A stretch of 64,000 nucleotides of DNA, from contig CM119263.1 of assembly GCA_051294375.1 (NCBI GenBank), positions 19,806,115 through 19,870,114 of the forward strand. Direction: 5' to 3'. Source of the DNA: Paraspadella gotoi (Eukaryota > Animalia > Chaetognatha). Position 1 is the stretch's first letter; each line of letters starts with the position of its first letter. The notes below the pieces were generated by a model. It worked only from the letters and a program-made list of their open reading frames with translations. It was not told the DNA's origin and searched no databases. The position numbers and the translations under genes are program-made. Positions 10,625 to 31,902 of this stretch are shown piece by piece.

Positions 10625-12479
10625 CTACTGTGGTGGAATGGGAACTAATGGGACAGCAATCCGGTACGGCTCTACATTTTGGAGATAAACAAGGTATTGG
10701 GTTTGTGGAAGGTAAACCGTTTGAGGTTGTGGCATATCAACGTTTGGGTTTGGGGGGAGTGGCATATCAATGTTTGGGTTTTGGGGGAGTGGCATATTAA
10801 CGTTTGGGTATTGGGGGAATGGCATATTAACGTTTGGGTTTTGGGAGAGTGGCATATTAACGTTTGGGTTTTGGGGTAAGGGCATATCAACGTATGTGGG
10901 TTGGGGTTGTTGCATGTCAGAATTTTGAATTTGTTGTAAATCAAGGTTGGGGGGTTGTAACTCCAAGCTTTGTGGTTGGAGTTGTGGCGGATTAATATTT
11001 TGTGGGGTAATGTTTTGTGGTTGTTGGTGTGAATTTGGATCCGTAAAAATATTTAACCCAAACCTTGTCTCGTTTGATGGAACGTTACTCGGTTGGTGAG
11101 GAATAAATGGTTGCACCGGAACCTGATTCTGGAACTGTTCCTCGTGCCAAATTGGATGACCATGCGTCGCGCCAACGCGAAACTCGGGCGCCGTCGCGTT
11201 TAACTCGCTGCGAAAGACCGGTTCATGAGTTTCCGCAGGTAATGTCGGCGAAGGCCCGGGCGATTCGCACCCCGAATAGGACCCGCGTCTCGACGAGCGT
11301 CCGCTGTCCGTGTTTGCGATCTCGCAGGTCAACCTGGAATCCGCACGAGCTTGGTTTGAGGACGGCATTCCCGGATTGTATGAAGCTTGGTTATTCGCGG
11401 GCATCGCACTTTGGGACTCGGCCTGGTAATTGAACGGCATGCCACTATTCTCAGTTGATATAACGAATGGCATCTCGCTATTCGACGCCGAATCGCTCTT
11501 GATAAGATTCACCATTTCCAAGTGATTATTCATCAAGGTTTGTCGTTTCTCCGGCGCCCGCGCTCGCTCCGCGGACACGGAACGGATCGTCAACAAGTTG
11601 TCGTCCCATTCCCACAATCGTCGGCGGGCCATCTCAGCGGCGACTTTCCGTTCGGCCAATCGGATCATGGCGAGTCCGCGGTGGCGCTGGCGAAGCGAGC
11701 TTCTCGGTCCGGACTCGTGCAAAATGCGGACGTTTCGCGGCCTGTAATTTCTAAGACCCGCGCGGATTTGGGGCTCGTCGGCTTCCGGGGGCAAGCCGGA
11801 TACTAGGAGACTGTCGTCGGCAGAGGGAACGAAGTCGTAATCGAGGACGGGAAATATTTCCAGAACCCTTTGCCCGAAGAGAAAGTAACGAAGATTGACG
11901 AGCCGCACAGCATCGCGGAGGCGGGGGAAGACGACCAGAGCGACGTCCAATTGATGCCAGCCTTCTCTGGCTTCCGTAATATTTTGTGGCGGTACTTCCG
12001 TTGTTGTTTGGACCCTTCGCTTGAGCAGGATCTTCAGCGCCGTCACGGGCGCCAATGATTCCATCATTTGTAGCAATTTACTTTCCTCAATGTCTGAGGA
12101 GAATCCCGTGACGAAGCAGATGCAAGGGTTATTCTGGAAGGAAAATTTTTTTTTTTAATGTAAGAAAAAGTATTTCATCGAAGTAGGTTAACGTGAATAA
12201 AATAAAGTCAGGGGCAAGATAGCTTATTTATTAAATGAATGGAGAATTTTTATATTGGTTGTACCAATTTCATAAGTACAAATGGTTGAAAAAAAAAAAG
12301 CTATTTACCATGTTTGCGTGGGGACCCGTCTCCAAGACATGGGGTCCGGCGAGGTCAGTCGAACCGGCATCCTCGTCCATTAAGTGATCATTGATTAGGG
12401 GACGAAATTCTGGGCTGGGGACGAAAGGCGCCGCGTCGGGGTTGAACGAGGTTCGTTTGGGTCCGGGGTTAGACGACAT
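10625..12479 (-). CDS. RNA-binding protein, ~559 aa: PAM2 - RRM - RRM - PAM2 - Q/P/N-rich repeat tail (2 coding exons)
   Basis: Exon 1 is 12479-12309 (57 codons, donor ATG|GTAAAT). Exon 2 is 12133-10625 (acceptor ttccttccAG, in frame with the 483-aa ORF). RRM1: CFVTGFSSDIEESKLLQMMESLAPVTALKILL...LDVALVVFPRLRDAVRLVN. RRM2: LLVSGLPPEADEPQIRAGLRNYRPRNVRIL...HRGLAMIRLAERKVAAEM. PAM2-like motifs are SFNPDAAPFVP and SELNATAPEFRV. Confidence 0.85.
10727..10900 (-). repeat. Coding 30 bp minisatellite, ~5-6 units, encoding MPLPQNPNVN-like decapeptides
   Basis: On the plus strand, units such as gtggcatattaacgtttgggttttgggaga recur every 30 bp inside the RRM gene. Confidence 0.9.
12204..12274 (-). mobile_element. 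Family A truncated copy (~70 bp) in the RRM gene intron
   Basis: aaagtcaggggcaagatagcttatttattaaatgaatgg...tattggttgtaccaatttcata matches the terminus of family A. Confidence 0.9.
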
Positions 12480-12737
12480 GGCCGGTTTGGATAGGAAGCT
12501 ATTGAGACGGTGGGCGAACTACAGGGAATATGTATATCTGATCTGTAAAATAATTAAATCCAATTAAGAACTTATATATATATATATACGCAATACACAC
12601 ATTTACACAAATTAAAATGAAAAAGTTTTATTTTATTTAAAATTCAATGGTACATACTGAAATTTCCTAAATGCACCAAATAAAGGATAACTCGATTAGA
12701 TAACGAAACTATTTTTAACAAAAAGGGGGGAAAATCG

Positions 12738-22824
<10,087 letters not shown>

Positions 22825-23152
22825 AAAAAACTTGCCAACGTTTTAGATGTAAACAGACTTGAAAAGACGTGATAGCTATCCAACTCACCTTAAACTACTT
22901 TTAACCCAGTTTGAACCGAGGTCCGATGTTTACCATTGATGACGTCGTCGTCGTCGTCGTCGTCATCGTCATCGTCGTCTCCGTCTTTGTTTCTCCTTCT
23001 CCATCGCCGAGCGAAAAGGAACGAAACAAAGAGAAATGTTGTCGCTTCGCATGTTTTATTGATAAGGAGAAAATCGTCGGTTTCCTCGACGTTGTCGTCG
23101 TTGCACATCGGGTAAGAGCATCCAGGATCAGCGGCCTCAGCCTCGCGAAAAG

Positions 23153-26100
23153 ATGGAATTCGCAATTTTACTACAACAACCAAGAAATAAGAACAACGAC
23201 AACAAGAAAAAAAAAACGAATCCACGAGAAGACTTTTCACAAACGCAAGACCGGAGCAGCTCCGTTGATCTTGTGAGCCGCCTCCCCCCCCCACCGATCT
23301 CGCCCATGACATCACCCTTGACCTTACCGTTAACTTTTGTCCCTTGGTTTCGTTCCGGTTCGTTGTTTGGAATCAAAAGAGAACGGAGACACGAAAAGAG
23401 ACGGAAATTCCTCCAGCTTCAGTTTTTTTTTCTGTGGAGTTTCTGTTTTGTCTTGTTTTTTTCTGTTTGTCCATGTTTGGTTTCCTTTCGTTGTTACTTT
23501 TTTGGTTTTTTTTTGTTTGTTTTTTTTTACGCGGCTAACTCTTCGCTCCCCATTGGTTTCTCAGTTGGTTTCGTTTTCTCCTCTTCCATCACCGTCGTCG
23601 TTGTTGTCATCGTCGTTGTTGCCGTCGTTTCGCATTTTGACGTCGTCGTCACCGTCGTCGTCATTCCCTCTCCGCAGCTTCTAAACAAAATGACGGCGTT
23701 AATTCCGGTCGATAGAATTTTATTTCCGATCCATTTTCCTTCAAATTCTGGGCGTCTTCGGTTTCAGCCCCTCCCATCTCCGACGGTTTTATTCGCCGGT
23801 TATGTTGCGGCTGCTTTTTTGAAGCTGCTGCCTCGAAACTGCTGCTGCAACATGAAAACTCCCTTTCTTTCTGCCCCATCAACTAGAACTTACCTTTATA
23901 GCGCCTTCGCCCATACAGTTTTTCTCTTTCCCATTGGAAATTCCGTCACGCCTACTTTACTTTCCCAGCGACAACAACTAACATTTCCCATCGCCCTACA
24001 TCTCTTTCCTCCCCCCTCCCTCTCAGGATTTGCGCCACCAACAAGAAGAAGAAAACGAGCGACAGCGACTCGACAAACAAAAGTACAAAGAAGAGAAGAG
24101 GAAATTGAACGAAGCGATCCAGGCCCGGATCGAGGATAAGATTCGACCGGGCGGAGCATCGGCCGTCGCGGCGGTGGGAAAGGCAACCACAACGACGAAG
24201 ACGGCTCCCTCTATGACTTCCTCGTCAGAGGACGAGCTCCCGGAGGCGCTTCGGCGAAAGCGGTCGACCCGGGCGGCGGCGTCGGCTCCGGCGCCGGCGC
24301 GGTACGGCAAAAATGCGGACGATCGGCGCCGTGGCGGCGCCGTTTCTGACGACGACGAGGCGGACGACGAATCGACGCGCGACGCTCTCAACGACGTCGT
24401 CGTCCTCGACAATCTCGACAACGAAGTCGAGGAATACAAAAAGTATTGCGAGTTGAGGATGAAATTCGCCGATCAGTTCGGAGCCAAGTGAGTCTAAGGA
24501 AGGAAGAGGGAGGATGGAAGACGAACAGATGCAAAGAAACAAATATCCTGAGACTAATTGAGAGACGGAAAGACATTTGGAGAAAAATATATATACAATA
24601 AAGAGTGGCGGATAGAGTTGGTGAAAGTAAGGCAGACTGGAAAACAGGCTCACAGATATAAACAAACGAACAGACAGACAGGCAAACGTAGATTGAAGAA
24701 ACGTAGATGCTAATTCGATTCGAGCCCGAGACAGGGATGAGCACCGGCCAAGATTTACGGCGAGAAAGATTCGATAGAGAGATTCTTTGTCTGTAAACTC
24801 GTCATCAATCTTGGCTCTCAACTTCATAAATTATTGTCAGAGGAAAACAAGGGAAGATCCTCCCGAGCTCCGTCAACGAAGAAAAATGGTTGGAAAAATC
24901 TCGCAAATACTTGGAAAATCTCAACTTAAATCAAGGTGACCGAATTATAGTGAACGAGGCCGTGATTTAAAAGGAAAAGAAGTAACTTTTTTTCAATTGG
25001 GTATTCTATTAAATTTATCGTGGCTGAAAAACGTTTGAAATTGGCTCCACCAATATAAAAATTAATCATTCATTTAATAAATAAGCTCTCTTGCCCCTGA
25101 CTTTGGAGAGGCTATGGTTGTTTAAGGCCTCTATCTCTCTTACAAGATAATAACATAGCAGGACTCTGCAAGCTTCCAATTAAAACCTTCTCACAGTCTG
25201 GCGTATTCGCTCCCACAGTCTTCCCTGTCAATGAAGTGGCATTATACGCGTCTCAAAGAATGTAGCAATCGTATGTTATTTTGTTTTTACTTTTTCCATT
25301 CTTCCCCCACAAAGACGACGCTCAATCCTCGGAGCCTACGGAGGTTGACCGGGAAATGGTCGCCGACACTCACCGCTATCCTCCGTCGACCGTCCGCGAC
25401 TTGGAGGGTCTCAACAGCCTCGTCGGCGATTCGGAGGCTTCGGATCCTCTTCCCGGAGCCGCTCATCCGCTCGGAAGGGAAGAAGCGCCGCCCGAGGCCC
25501 CTCCGGCCGCGATGACTTGGTCGCTCCACGAGGCACAGGATTTGGATAAAAAGTCGAGAAACCCCCGAGTCAGGGCGGCAAGGTGAGCTGGCAGTTTTCT
25601 TCGCGACGCTTTTTAAACTTGTTAGTCGAACGTAAATTTCATTGTAATACATACATAATTCAGATCGTTGATGAAATCTTTGGGAAAATTATTGGAGGAA
25701 GAACATAAACGCGAACCCGTTTCGGTCCCGGTCTTTCGCGACAAAACGATGACACCCGCCGCTGCAGGTAGAGGGCGCAGCAGGACCGTCACCGTCATCA
25801 GAAATGGAGAACCATATGAAGAAATAGGTAACTGCAAAGATGAATTCGTACGACGATTATTAATGAACACTGATCCCTCCGAAATCTGTCAGTTAAATCG
25901 TAACATGTGGAAGATGTCACCTTACCCACCCCTACCCTCCCTGACGCAGAATCGTCGTCGACGGTCGAGACGTCGATGCGCAAGAAGCGACGCCAAATCG
26001 CGGAGGAACTTCTCGATCGGGGGAACCGACTGCGACGTCACAGGATCTACGAGTTTGGACCGGGAATTCACGACGGGGGGCAGCACGGGTTCGTTGGGGA

Positions 26101-29100
26101 GAGTGGGGGCTCAGGTGCTGTAAGGGCGGCCTATCTGGTTCATGATAGTATAAGAGGAGGATTGAGGGCCGCTACATTTCGAAATGCGTCTGGAGTAGTG
26201 TATAGTTAAATTGTTGATACTTTCGGTTAGGGTTGTTTGATGACTCGACTCGTGGATGTTTTTTCAATAACGATATATCAGGCACAAGTACAAATACTAG
26301 CTAGGTAAAGTATTCGTGGATAGTTATTAATGCGTTGATGCATGTACATGTAGAAGAAAATCATCTTTCTGGATAAAATATTTTTTCGGAAGCCCAAGTA
26401 TTTTGAGGTGAGAGCGAAAGCGATAATTATGTCCCTAAATCCGAAGATAACTTTCCCCGCCTGTCTCTGAGGCTTCGGGTGGGTAAAAGACGGTGGCGGA
26501 AAATCGTGAGCGGAATCATGAATAGAAGACGGCGGTGAAAAGGGTGAGGCTGCGAAAGGAGGGTCGGAGGGGGTGGGGGGGGACTAATGGCGAGAAATCT
26601 CGTCCTCGGGTGAAAAACTCCGGTCGGGAATCGCGGGGAAAATGACTCCGCCAAAACATCGGTCGTCATTTTACGCGTCGCATAAAAAACAGGGGAAATC
26701 CCGCTCGGCCGAGACGAACTATTTTCTGCTCTGTCGTCTTCGTTCTTATCTCTTTTTGTTCTTCTTGTTGTCTTGTTAGGACATAAAAACTTCTAATGGG
26801 TATTAATTTTTTACCCGTTTTCATGAAAATTTTTATTATTTGGTCATTTTCTATTACTATGTTTTGCCATTTTTTCTTATAACCTTATAACCTTGACTTG
26901 ACTTGACTACCTCACTATTAAAGCGGTCTTAGGTAGCAGACAACAATGCCTTGAGAGGATGCAGCCAGAATGTTTTTTTTAAAAAGGGATGGGGAAAGAT
27001 GGAAAAAAGAGGGAGAGAGGGGGATGGGGGCAGGGTATTGGGAAGGAATTAGAGGAGGGAGGTGACAATATAGGCCGGGCCTGGTCCACTCAGTTACTCA
27101 AGAAACAGAGCGAGAATCCGCCTTTCGGCTTTTCCTTCTTGTTTGCTTGAGCCTCCGCAAGCACCGCGTCGAGGGAGAGACGTACTGCTCGTCTTCCTTA
27201 TATAACCAAAATGCAAAGATTTGATTTCGTCCATCTCCCTGCCCAAATTCTCTCCTTCTCAGCTCCAGCACCGCCTATTCCGGCGTCAAATCGCGCCAAG
27301 ATTTCGACTCGGAACCAGAGAGCGCCTCAGACTCTTACCCGGGGCCGCCACCCCAAGGCCCTCCGTTCTACGGCCCGCCAGGCCCCTGGGGCGGCGGCGT
27401 CGGGGCTGCGGGCGGCGGCGCGCCAAGCTCGTGGGGCGGCGGCGGGGGTGCCGCATCCCAGCCCGACGACCCCTTCGCTGAAATCTACGCCGAGGAAATG
27501 GCGCAGCGGGGAATGAACGCGGGAGGGTGAGTGAAGACTTTATCTTATCTCTTTTCTTTCTCTCTTTCTTTTCCTATTTCTTCTGCGAATTCTTTTAAGT
27601 CTATATAGTTATAGATACATTTTTGTTGCTTTTTCTTTATTTTTCATTGTTTTCCATTATTCGCGCAGATATCCAATGATGTATCCCGGAATGACTCCGC
27701 AGGTGACGGGAAAAAATTTGCGAGCTACGAGTTTCACTAATGTTTTTGATGTTTCTGCGTTTCTGCTCTTACAATATGCATAATATAATTTTCTCCGTCA
27801 AATTAAAGTCGCGTTCGCCTTTTTCATCAGTTTTCTTTTCTTTTTTTTGGATACAAAAAAAAATAATTTAATAAAAAAAATTTAAAAAAATAGCAAAAAC
27901 AAAAAAATTGGGAAAAAGGATCATCATCCGCTTGGGTTTTTATTTCTTTTTCTTTTTTAACCCCGCCTTCTTAGACAGAGTAAAGTTTTGTAAATGCAGT
28001 GTAACAGTGTTTGTGAGTGTCTGTGCGTCTGTTGAGTGGGTCAATATCCAAAACCCTAACGCATTTAATTAACTCGAAACTGAGTTGCAAAATCGGTTTA
28101 GAGCTTTTGTCCTCGATCGCTGACTGCCAGAATCAATGCCAACCCCGTGAGGATTGGCTCACAGCCAGACCATGATTCAGCCAAACGGTCGGGCGTGAAT
28201 TCACAATCACGACCCCTTCAAGCCGAACTCGTGCCTCGTCGTTGCCTTCGTCGTCGTCGTATTCGTTGCTTCCTCCGCTGCCTCCGGTGACTGTCTTCAC
28301 CTTCGCTCGTTAACGCAAATTCACAGTCGCAGGTTTGAGGGGCGAAAAAAAGTCACATTTCCATTCGCCACGAGGGATCCATTCCATTTCCTTCCGTTCC
28401 ATTCCAGTCCATTCCAGTCCAACCCAAGAAGACGAGAGAGAAGATGGAACGCGAAAAAATCATGCGCAGAATTCGTTTCTTAGGGGAGATTCCACAATTT
28501 TCAAATGATATAGTATAAATGTCGACTAAATCAGTGTCCTTGTAATGTCGCATTCAGCACCCATTCCTCGATGTCTGCCAGAAAATTTTAAAATGAAAAT
28601 TAAGTCTACCAAAAAAATTTTGGTCTCCAGCAGGGAAATGTGAAAGTTAAAAAAAAGTGGAAAAGTTTAAAAGAAACCGTAAAATGGAAATTCGATGCTA
28701 GACGAAGAGAAGACAACCGCGTTTTTAGGGCCTGAGTGAGTTGCTACCCAGATGCCAGTAAAGTAGCATTCGGACATAAAAGAGAAGCCATCAAGACGCC
28801 AGTGAAACGCCATAAAGTGGTGAGCGTAAATGCCCTCTCCTCATTCTGCCAGCGCTGGCTGCTTGAGCAGTCGACTCTCGACGTTTCTCTCTTCGCCACT
28901 TTTCTCTTCCTTTTTGCTCCTCGTTTCAAATTCCTCAAGTGATTTTGGCGGCGCCGGGCGAGAAGGTTTCGGCGTCGGCAGCGACGGCGACGTCGGCAGC
29001 CGACGCGGCGGGCGGGGAGCGATTCTACCAGCAACGACTTCGATGGGAGGGAAGGGAGAGAAGGGAGCGAAATTCGTTGAGTTGGAAGTCGCAGCGTAGA

Positions 29101-31327
29101 AGCGTGACTCGCAACGACGAAATGGATTGTGACGGGCCGAATAATCACCTCCCCCCCAGTCCTCACTCAGTCCTCACCAAAACCTCAAATCAGTCCGCAC
29201 CACAAAATCGCCCCCCCCCTTCCCGGAGGAAACTGCATTTACGCCGTCGACAAAATTCAGCGAGAATTCTTCCAGTCACGAATAAATCCAGAAATTCACT
29301 ATTCGCCATATATTCTCTTCTTTTTTTTGTTGGGGGGGGAAATTGGGAGGTAGGTTTTTTTTTAATTTTTTTCTCATTCTTTTCCTTTAGATGCTTTTTA
29401 ATGGTTTTTTCTTATCAACGGAATCTAACTAATGGTAAAAAAATGTTATAAATCGATTATAAAATTTAAACAATTATATTTCCTTAAATTTTTGAGAGAG
29501 TACGAAATAAAGAGAAAAAGAAATTCAATTTTGTTTTTTTACATTCAGATGGGGACTCCGATGGGTTACGGAATGCCCATAATGATGCCGGGTCCGTGGG
29601 GATTCATGGGTTATCCTCCATCCATGGGAACACCGTCCGTTTTCTCTGGGGCGGCTTCTTCTCACGGGTAACGGGGTTGTCGATTGAAAACTCGCCGAAC
29701 ATGATTATGATAATAAAACTGAATTAGTAAATATTATTCGGGCTTCTTCGCCTTCATATATTTTTAAATCTAATCACCTTCTCGCCATCCCAGGATGATG
29801 TACCCCGGCTACGCTCCGACCATGATGAACTACGGGCCTCAGCCCATGCCGGCCGTCAACCCCATGGCCATGTCTATGGCTAAATCGCGAGCGGATCAAG
29901 TCTGGCAAGGAGCGGTGAACAAGTACGAACGGGGCCACGCGTCGGTGAGAAGTCAGACGGGTGAGTCAAAGGCGGGAAATTTAACGACAATTGAATGCAG
30001 TTTCTCACGACGTTGACTGTGAGTCAGAGGCGCAATTTTATCTCATTGAATATTTGAAAAACAAACATTATATAATTATGGAAACATGATTTCATAATTT
30101 GTTTTACAAAAATTATATATAATTTTTATATTGGTTGAACCAATTTCTTTTATTCTTTTTTTTGGAGGGGGGGAAGATTTGTCTTCATTTTTTCATCCTC
30201 TTATTTCATTTCTCTTTCAATTGAAGTTGGGGTCTGGGCTCGAGCGTGGGAATTTCCCTGTGGTGCTGTAAAAATGTTTTTTTTTCTTCCTGATCTGGAT
30301 TTGACATATTTGAATTTCGGCTCAGTTTCTTCTGGTTTTCTGTTTATTCGGTTGATTCTCTTGAATTTTTTCCCTTCGTTTCATCTTCATTCAGGTTTTA
30401 TTTTTTATTTTTTTGGTTCAGTCTGTCTTTCAGTTTATCTGCTTGTATTTGTTTGTTGCGGTATCGCTAATAATTAGATAAAATCTATGTTAATATAGCA
30501 TACAATAGCTTACAATAAGAATATGTATACTTAAAAAAACCACATATCATCAATTATTCAACCTCGGCCCAGCGACCTGACTAATCAGAAAAATGGGAAT
30601 GAAAACAAAGCGCCATAAAAAAATAGACTCGGGGCGGGTCTCATTAATAATGCAGTCATGGAGCCAAGGTTAAAACGCATGAAGCGACAGTCGCCTTAGA
30701 AAAAGCTGAAAGCGCGGTAATTCTCTGCCCCGTTGCCCTGGAAACGAAAAGGATCGTAATTATTTTTGCTTTTAAACTTTGACTTTTAGTTTGCTTGAAG
30801 TTCAATATTAAAAGAGCGAGCTGAAAGAGAAGTTATGGAAACCTTGTCAGATAAGCACTATCTTTATTTAAAATAAAACTTGGGTAATTTTCTCCTTTAA
30901 ATCGTTCAAGGTCCTCGAAGAATTATTTTTCAAGGAAACCTGGTCTCTTCCCCGACTCCGGGAGAAGGAAATTTTCAAGAAGGTTTTTTAGCGTTACCTT
31001 TCAATTTGCACGATCTATGTAAATATGAGATTGCTAATTGCTCAGACGCCCAGAGATAGATATTTAGCTTAGGTTTAGAAAAAAATATCTTTCAGTTTTA
31101 AGGTAAAAAAAAACAAACTGTCGGCTCGTTCTCTATATGTTTAGTCTCTGATTAGGCATGCGGGGGGTCGACAAAAGATTATTGTACGTTTTATAGATAT
31201 ACAAAGAGGGTGAGATGTCGAATCTACCCAAAATCTTTAGTTGCGACGAAGGTCACAAATGGAGAGGATGATAAAGAAAATTCGAAAATGACGCAAAGGG
31301 ATACTTTTTAGAGGGCAGTTAAAGGAG

Positions 31328-31365
<38 letters not shown>

Positions 31366-31869
31366 GTGTGTGTCTTCACGTCCAGACTCGATTAAATAAT
31401 TCTTCATACATACTCTTATAATTAATTTCTTTCACATCCCGTCCTTTACAAATCTCCAACAACCATCCATCTTCATTTTTCTTCGTCCCTCTCTTTCTCT
31501 CTCACTCTCTCTCGATCTTCGCTCCCATTTTCCTCTCCATTTTCCATTGTTTTCGAGCGTAATTAGTACGTTGGCCGTGCGGTCGATCCCAATCGCATTA
31601 GGATCTTTTCTTCACTGCTTTTCTTACTTTCCCCCCCCCCGCGCCCCGCTCAATTTAACTTTCCAGAGTTTTTTACATTTCTCCTTTTCTTCCGTCTCCG
31701 AATTTCTTTGTCTACCATTTTTTCTTTTTTAGTCGGATCTGCTTATCAGCAGATTTCGACTCTATAATTCGCTTTGTCGGTCCGTCGGTCCCACCCTAAA
31801 TCTTGTCGGTAAATCATTTTTATCACATCAGAACATCAATTATGCTAAATTAAGCAAAAAAACGATGTC

Positions 31870-31902
<33 letters not shown>

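Noticed and set aside
10727-10900. Regular 30 bp repeats resembling a CRISPR array
   Set aside because: The units are head-to-tail with no unique spacers, lie in frame within a CDS, and there are no cas genes in this eukaryotic context.
11107-12058. Plus-strand ORFs of 62-108 aa
   Set aside because: They are antisense shadows of the RRM coding exon.
23153-24139. 328-aa ORF as a single membrane-protein gene
   Set aside because: The hydrophobic part is T-rich and (GTC)n intronic sequence between a donor at 23273 and an acceptor at 24026; only the first 40 codons are plausibly exonic.
24023-24827. Minus-strand 138-aa and 200-aa ORFs
   Set aside because: They are antisense shadows of the GC-rich plus-strand exon 24027-24487 extending into intron.
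25668-26123. 151-aa ORF as a standalone gene
   Set aside because: It is better explained as exon 25664-25767, an intron, and exon 25950-26088 read in a different frame.
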